Source of the DNA: Candidatus Aminicenantes bacterium
GTDB lineage: Bacteria > Acidobacteriota > Aminicenantia > Aminicenantales > JAFGBC01
Length of the DNA: 64,000 nucleotides
Assembly: GCA_963702005.1 (NCBI GenBank)
Contig: OY969696.1
Span: forward strand, 64,001 to 128,000
Direction: 5' to 3'
The notes below the pieces were generated by a model. The model saw nothing but the letters and a program-made list of their open reading frames with translations. It was not told the origin of the DNA and did no database searches. Positions 59,735-64,000 of this stretch are shown one piece after another (positions within the stretch are counted from its first letter, which is position 1; the number at the start of each line of letters is the position of its first letter). The position numbers and the translations under genes were made by a program.

Positions 59735-61852
59735 ATGAAGATTGCCATGCGTAGAACCATTAATATAATCTTAACTGGGATTATATGCTATCAATTGATA
59801 GCGTCCACCGCAGCTTCTCATTTCAGTCAGACCCAAAATAAAAATGGTCAGATAGCTCTTCAACATGAAGTGACCGTAACGCTCAAGCTGGTCCAGGTTC
59901 AGGTCGTGGACAAGCGCGGGCAACCCGTGACCGGCCTGGAAAAATCGGATTTCGCGCTCAAGGACAACGGGAAACCGAGAGTGATCACGGATTTCGAAAA
60001 GCACATCTCGCCCGAGGCGGCCATACCGCCTGAACCGCCAAGCCCGGCTTCCTCCGGAGTTTCTTCAAGATTGAATAGAAAGTTCATGTTCTTCTTTGAT
60101 TTCGCCTTCAACACTCCGACCGGAGTTAGAAAATCCAAAGAAGCGGCCCTAGATTTCATCGATACCCGGATCAGTCCCGATGATGAGATCGGGGTCGTTT
60201 CATATTCCGCTCGGATGGGCTTGAAGCTCCACGAATTCTTGACCCGAGACCACGCCAAAGTGCGCCAACTCGTCGCTAGCCTGGGCGGAGCACAGGCCAT
60301 GGGCAGGGCGATCGACCTGGGAGATCGCTATTTGGCCGATATGGAAGCCTTAGAGGGAGCCCTGTCGGCTGGAGGACGGGGTGAGTTTATTAATTCGAGT
60401 GCAATTACAGCTAAGATTAATCGAATCAACTATGAAGGTTTTGTGACTGATTTCGCAACTCAGGTCAAGGATTTGGCCTCAACCCTCGGGTATGTTCCAG
60501 GTCAGAAGAATATTATTTTCTTCTCGTCCGGAATTACCAATTTTGTTCTATACGGAAAGCGCCTTGAAGGAACCGCGGGCTATTATGGATCCTTAAGCGA
60601 TAACTGGGGAAACTCGGCTTTACGGGAAGCCTTTTCAGATATGAGTAAAGCGCTGGCCTCCTCCAACTGCATCATTTACACGGTCAATGTCCTAGGCCAA
60701 GCATCCGGCCGCTTCGATGATAGAATGTTATTTCAAGGGTCCGGTTCCTACGATGATAAAAACCTGTCGGGTGATTTGTCGCTCAAGCAATTAGCGAGCG
60801 AAACGGGCGGCCGCTATTTCGACAATGTAAAAAATTATTCGACGATCAATGAGGAAATCCAGAAATCGACCGGCTCCTATTATGTCTTAGGCTATTACAT
60901 CGATGATAAAATAGATGGCAAGTATCATAAGGTCGAGGTCGAGGTCAAACGGAAGGGCTGCCGGGTTTTTGGCCAAAAAGGATATTTTGATCCGAAGCCG
61001 TTCTCTGAACATACGGCGAACGAAAAGCTCCTTCAGCTGATCGACCTGGCCCTGAGCGATCGTCCTTATCTCCAGGAAGCCGTCAATTTTCCGCTGATCG
61101 TCCTGCCCTATGCCCTTGGAGCCAAAGCCGGACTCGCCCTCCTGGCCAAGGTCCCGGCGGGAATGAACAAGCAAATAGCCGGGAAGAAAGCCGAGATCGT
61201 GACCCTCGTCTTCGATCAGAAGCAGGATATGGTAGCGTTTAAAAGGGAAGAGGTCGCCGGGTGGCCCGGGTCGGAGGAGGACGCGTTCGTTTCGTCCCTG
61301 ATCTCTCTTGATCCCGGCGAATACCAATGCCGGGTGGTTCTGAGAAATATGGAAACCGGACTGGGCGCCCGAGGCTCCTGCCGCGTCTCTATACCCGGGG
61401 GCCAGGGTTCGAGATTCATGCTGCTGGCGCCGCTCATCCTCAGGCCGGGGAAAGGAACCGTATTTGTGAACGGCGCGACCGCGACGGTTAAGAATCCGGC
61501 CCGAGTTCTTTTCACCGATATCTATCCTTTCGACACGGAGCGATATTGTCCGCTCACGGAGCCGCTCGCTGGAACGAATACGGAGATCTCGGTTGTTGTC
61601 CGTTGCCAGGGATCCGGCCTCCGGAATCCGGAATTGGTCTTTTCCGCCCAGCTCGTCGCCGTTTCCTCGGGAGAGATCGTCCCGGTTTCGACTTCGGCCG
61701 TCAAACAATCGGAAAACGGTCAGGCGTTCGTGTCCGAATTGCGGCTCATAACGGGAGAGCTCAAGCCGGGCGAATATACCCTGACCTTGTTCGCGGGCGA
61801 GAAGAATTCGGGGCAGAGCTCGACGGCGACATGCAGCTTCAAGGTCGACTGA
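59735..61852 (+). CDS. VWA domain protein (Acidobacterial VWFA-related)
   Basis: V.LVQVQVVDKRGQPVTGLEKSDF.LKDNGK, K.IIFFS.G, L.QLASETGG.YF, SYYVLGYY, DGKYHKVEV; start uncertain. Confidence 0.85.
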   Translation: MKIAMRRTINIILTGIICYQLIASTAASHFSQTQNKNGQIALQHEVTVTLKLVQVQVVDKRGQPVTGLEKSDFALKDNGKPRVITDFEKHISPEAAIPPEPPSPASSGVSSRLNRKFMFFFDFAFNTPTGVRKSKEAALDFIDTRISPDDEIGVVSYSARMGLKLHEFLTRDHAKVRQLVASLGGAQAMGRAIDLGDRYLADMEALEGALSAGGRGEFINSSAITAKINRINYEGFVTDFATQVKDLASTLGYVPGQKNIIFFSSGITNFVLYGKRLEGTAGYYGSLSDNWGNSALREAFSDMSKALASSNCIIYTVNVLGQASGRFDDRMLFQGSGSYDDKNLSGDLSLKQLASETGGRYFDNVKNYSTINEEIQKSTGSYYVLGYYIDDKIDGKYHKVEVEVKRKGCRVFGQKGYFDPKPFSEHTANEKLLQLIDLALSDRPYLQEAVNFPLIVLPYALGAKAGLALLAKVPAGMNKQIAGKKAEIVTLVFDQKQDMVAFKREEVAGWPGSEEDAFVSSLISLDPGEYQCRVVLRNMETGLGARGSCRVSIPGGQGSRFMLLAPLILRPGKGTVFVNGATATVKNPARVLFTDIYPFDTERYCPLTEPLAGTNTEISVVVRCQGSGLRNPELVFSAQLVAVSSGEIVPVSTSAVKQSENGQAFVSELRLITGELKPGEYTLTLFAGEKNSGQSSTATCSFKVD

Positions 61853-62062
61853 CGAATATTTTTTCGTCCCGTAAGTATCATGTTCTAATCCGAGGCTCCA
61901 GCAGAAGTTCCCCCATTTATTAGGAATCGAATAGTCCAGGCTGAAGCGTAATTGGGGTTGGGGGGCAAGGACGATGAGAGACTACGGACTCCGGTCGTGC
62001 GACTGAACAGACAGTGCTTGATCCCGTTGGCCAGTGCATAGAGCCGAAAGTCCGGGCGGGGA

Positions 62063-62164
62063 TGATATGGACCCGACCGATATCGTCCATCCTGGCGCAA
62101 CTGGCGAAGCCGTTTTTCCTCAGTTCCCGCAAAAAGCGGCTTTAAAGTATCAGAATGGCTAATA
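62063..62164. repeat. Dispersed ~100 bp non-coding repeat, copy 2
   Basis: Aligns by eye with 50469-50570. Confidence 0.75.
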
Positions 62165-62677
62165 GGGCAAAGGCAGAGGGCACAATAATCCATCTTCAGA
62201 AAGATCCTCGGCCGTCCATAGAATGGAGAAACCCTTATATATCATAGGCTCAAGAGCGTTTGTCGCACCGAAGCAGCAGCCCCCCTCGCCTATCAGGAAC
62301 TTCAGATGGCCTCCGAGACAGAGGGTGAGCGTTTTTCATGATCCCGTCGTTTCCTTAGAGGAGAGGTCGGTCGGATTTTCAGCACTTTTGAGCTTTCCTG
62401 TGGCCTTTACGTCCGCCTACAGCTCTTCTTGAGAGCAATTTGACATATAATGACGCTGCGCTTTATCATTCCTAACGATGGAGGGGGAAAAGGGTATATA
62501 TATTCTCATCGAGCCGGAGCAGCAGAAAAGGAAATTACTATTAATAATGAAGTTTTCAGCATGGAGAAATCAATAAAATCCTACTTGTGGCAAAAAAGGC
62601 AATATCGAATCAAAAATAGAACTTCCCGAAATATATCACGAATACTTGATATTCGGTAGAGGAGAGGAGAAATAGAG

Positions 62678-63106
62678 ATGAAATTAAAAAAGGCAATCCG
62701 AATTTGCGTACTCATGGCTATACTTATTGCTCTACTAGGTGTCCTCGGTCCGTACCTCTCTCATCGCCTTCAGGACAACTGGGCTTTCATGGGGATGGGA
62801 GTAGGCGTTACGGTCATATCATTCTTCGGTCTCTTGGTTCTTTGTCAGACCAACGAGGAGCGGTGGAAAATCACCGCAGACACCATGCGAACAGCTATCG
62901 CTGGGACCATTGTGATCGTATACCTGGTCCTGGTTGGAACAGTGGCCTTTATATCGAAGGGTAAGATGGCGGAAATCACTCGAACGATGATAACGAACTT
63001 CACTGCCATCGTAGGTATTGTCATTGCATTCTATTTCGGATCGTCGGCTTACATCCAAGCACAAAGGGAAAAGCAGGAGAACAAAAGAGCCAAATCTGAC
63101 GAGTGA
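62678..63106 (+). CDS. Four-TM membrane protein
   Basis: GAGGAG RBS; four hydrophobic helices; IAFYFGS. Confidence 0.65.
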   Translation: MKLKKAIRICVLMAILIALLGVLGPYLSHRLQDNWAFMGMGVGVTVISFFGLLVLCQTNEERWKITADTMRTAIAGTIVIVYLVLVGTVAFISKGKMAEITRTMITNFTAIVGIVIAFYFGSSAYIQAQREKQENKRAKSDE

Positions 63107-63236
63107 AAGAAACAGGCACGCCCCTTTGAAGGTACGCGTCAAGTAGGCGGTCATACCCGGGGGCTGCCGATAAGCTCCTCCCAAATTCATATGACGAAAG
63201 GCCTAATCCCTCTCAAGATCGAGAGGACCGAACTGG

Positions 63237-63300
63237 GGTAACCGGCAAAGCCGTTCTTCGGCTTTTCCCCAAAATGCAGCTTTTTGATATCAGAATGGCA
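63237..63300. repeat. Dispersed repeat, diverged partial copy 3
   Basis: GTAACCGGCAAAGCCGTT...AAAATGCAGCTTT...ATCAGAATGGC. Confidence 0.5.
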
Positions 63301-63338
63301 AGCGCTTATAAGGACACTTGCTCCTTTTCTCAAACGAG

Positions 63339-64000
63339 TCAAAACTCCATCACCACTCTTCTCAGCACCTGGCCCAGCTTCGCCCAGGGATACAGATTGG
63401 ATACCTGTTCGGCGTCCGTTGAAGCGCATATGGCTTCGTAGACCATCCTGGAGCCCTCCATCTCCAGCTTCCCGAGCACCGGGCTGAAATAGGCCTTGCG
63501 CTCCTGCGGATGGCCGTAATCCATGCGCCAGTGCGGGTTCTTCGCCCAGGCGGTTGGTTCTCTTGAGGCCTCGTTCGTCGTCCCGGCGCATATGCCATAG
63601 ACCGGCTTGCCCTGGCCGTCCGCGCCAATTTTCTTGAAGAACTCCACATGGTCATGCCCCTTGATGAAGGCCCTGACGCCCTTCTTCAGGGCGATGCCGG
63701 TTATCCCCGTTTGCTCGATTTTCCCGGGGTCCAGTCCATGCCTCAGACAATCGCCGTTCGTGAAAACCGGACCCATGCCGCGAGCTCCCTTTTTGGTTCC
63801 GAAAACATTGGTCGGGTATCCGCCGACGACATGATGAAGGATGATGATTTTCAGATCGGCGTTGCTCCTGTCCATCTCGTCCGCATACCAGGCTTTTTGA
63901 GCGGTCCCCAGCGTGTAATCTTCCGGGCTAGCCGGATATGCTTTCAGGTAGCCTCTGGCATCGAGGAAGACGAATTCAAATCCGCCGTCCTTCCAGAACG
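63339..64000 (-). CDS. Metallophosphoesterase (PhoD/calcineurin-like), C-terminal part; start beyond the window
   Basis: Frame open to the edge: FVFLDAR...LGTAQKAW...IIILHH...GHDH. Confidence 0.72.
   Translation of the reverse strand, partial: FWKDGGFEFVFLDARGYLKAYPASPEDYTLGTAQKAWYADEMDRSNADLKIIILHHVVGGYPTNVFGTKKGARGMGPVFTNGDCLRHGLDPGKIEQTGITGIALKKGVRAFIKGHDHVEFFKKIGADGQGKPVYGICAGTTNEASREPTAWAKNPHWRMDYGHPQERKAYFSPVLGKLEMEGSRMVYEAICASTDAEQVSNLYPWAKLGQVLRRVVMEF

Larger units (their letters stand above)
25488..64000. mobile_element. tRNA-Val-integrated genomic island / integrative element; right end not identified
   Basis: Tyrosine integrase and Xis next to the tRNA, loss of the host GC-rich codon style, mosaic AT-rich cargo, pseudogenes; no second tRNA 3' fragment seen, so the extent is inferred. 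Confidence 0.75.

Noticed and set aside
25532-64000. Second att copy (tRNA-Val 3' duplication)
   Set aside because: No copy of TCAAATCCTGTATCGCCCACCA seen by eye; probably beyond the window or eroded

Overview
The window has two parts. Bases 1-25,456 are GC-rich host chromosome with an Acidobacteriota/Aminicenantes-like gene set (taxonomy is inferred from gene content): two Oar-type TonB-dependent receptors, GWxTD and TPR proteins, a sulfatase-TPR protein, EndoQ, fused LptF-LptG, groES-groEL with two CIRCE-like sites, cvpA, purC, pgeF, rpsU, lipA and lptB. From tRNA-Val(CAC) at 25,457 to the window end lies a compositionally mosaic integrative element; I saw no second att copy. Its integrase ORF ends inside the tRNA. 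It carries a ~7.7 kb leftward operon (Xis, a RemA/DUF370 homologue, an RHH-like protein, Zn fingers, a split HerA-type ATPase with a PD-(D/E)XK tail, small membrane proteins) and a divergent XRE switch. The cargo includes the strongest novelty candidate, an AT-rich RiPP-like cluster. It has two paralogous 8-Cys precursors, one led by a twin-arginine (Tat)-like signal and one with a degenerate copy, followed by a radical SAM/SPASM enzyme and a secreted beta-propeller, with no transporter or protease adjacent. A second module pairs a secreted 10-Cys peptide with a redoxin and a beta-propeller. The rest is nucleases and phosphoesterases, an HD-GYP protein, a C39-like peptidase and several pseudogenes, in blocks bracketed by dispersed direct repeats. 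All calls were made by eye from motifs; no database searches were run.
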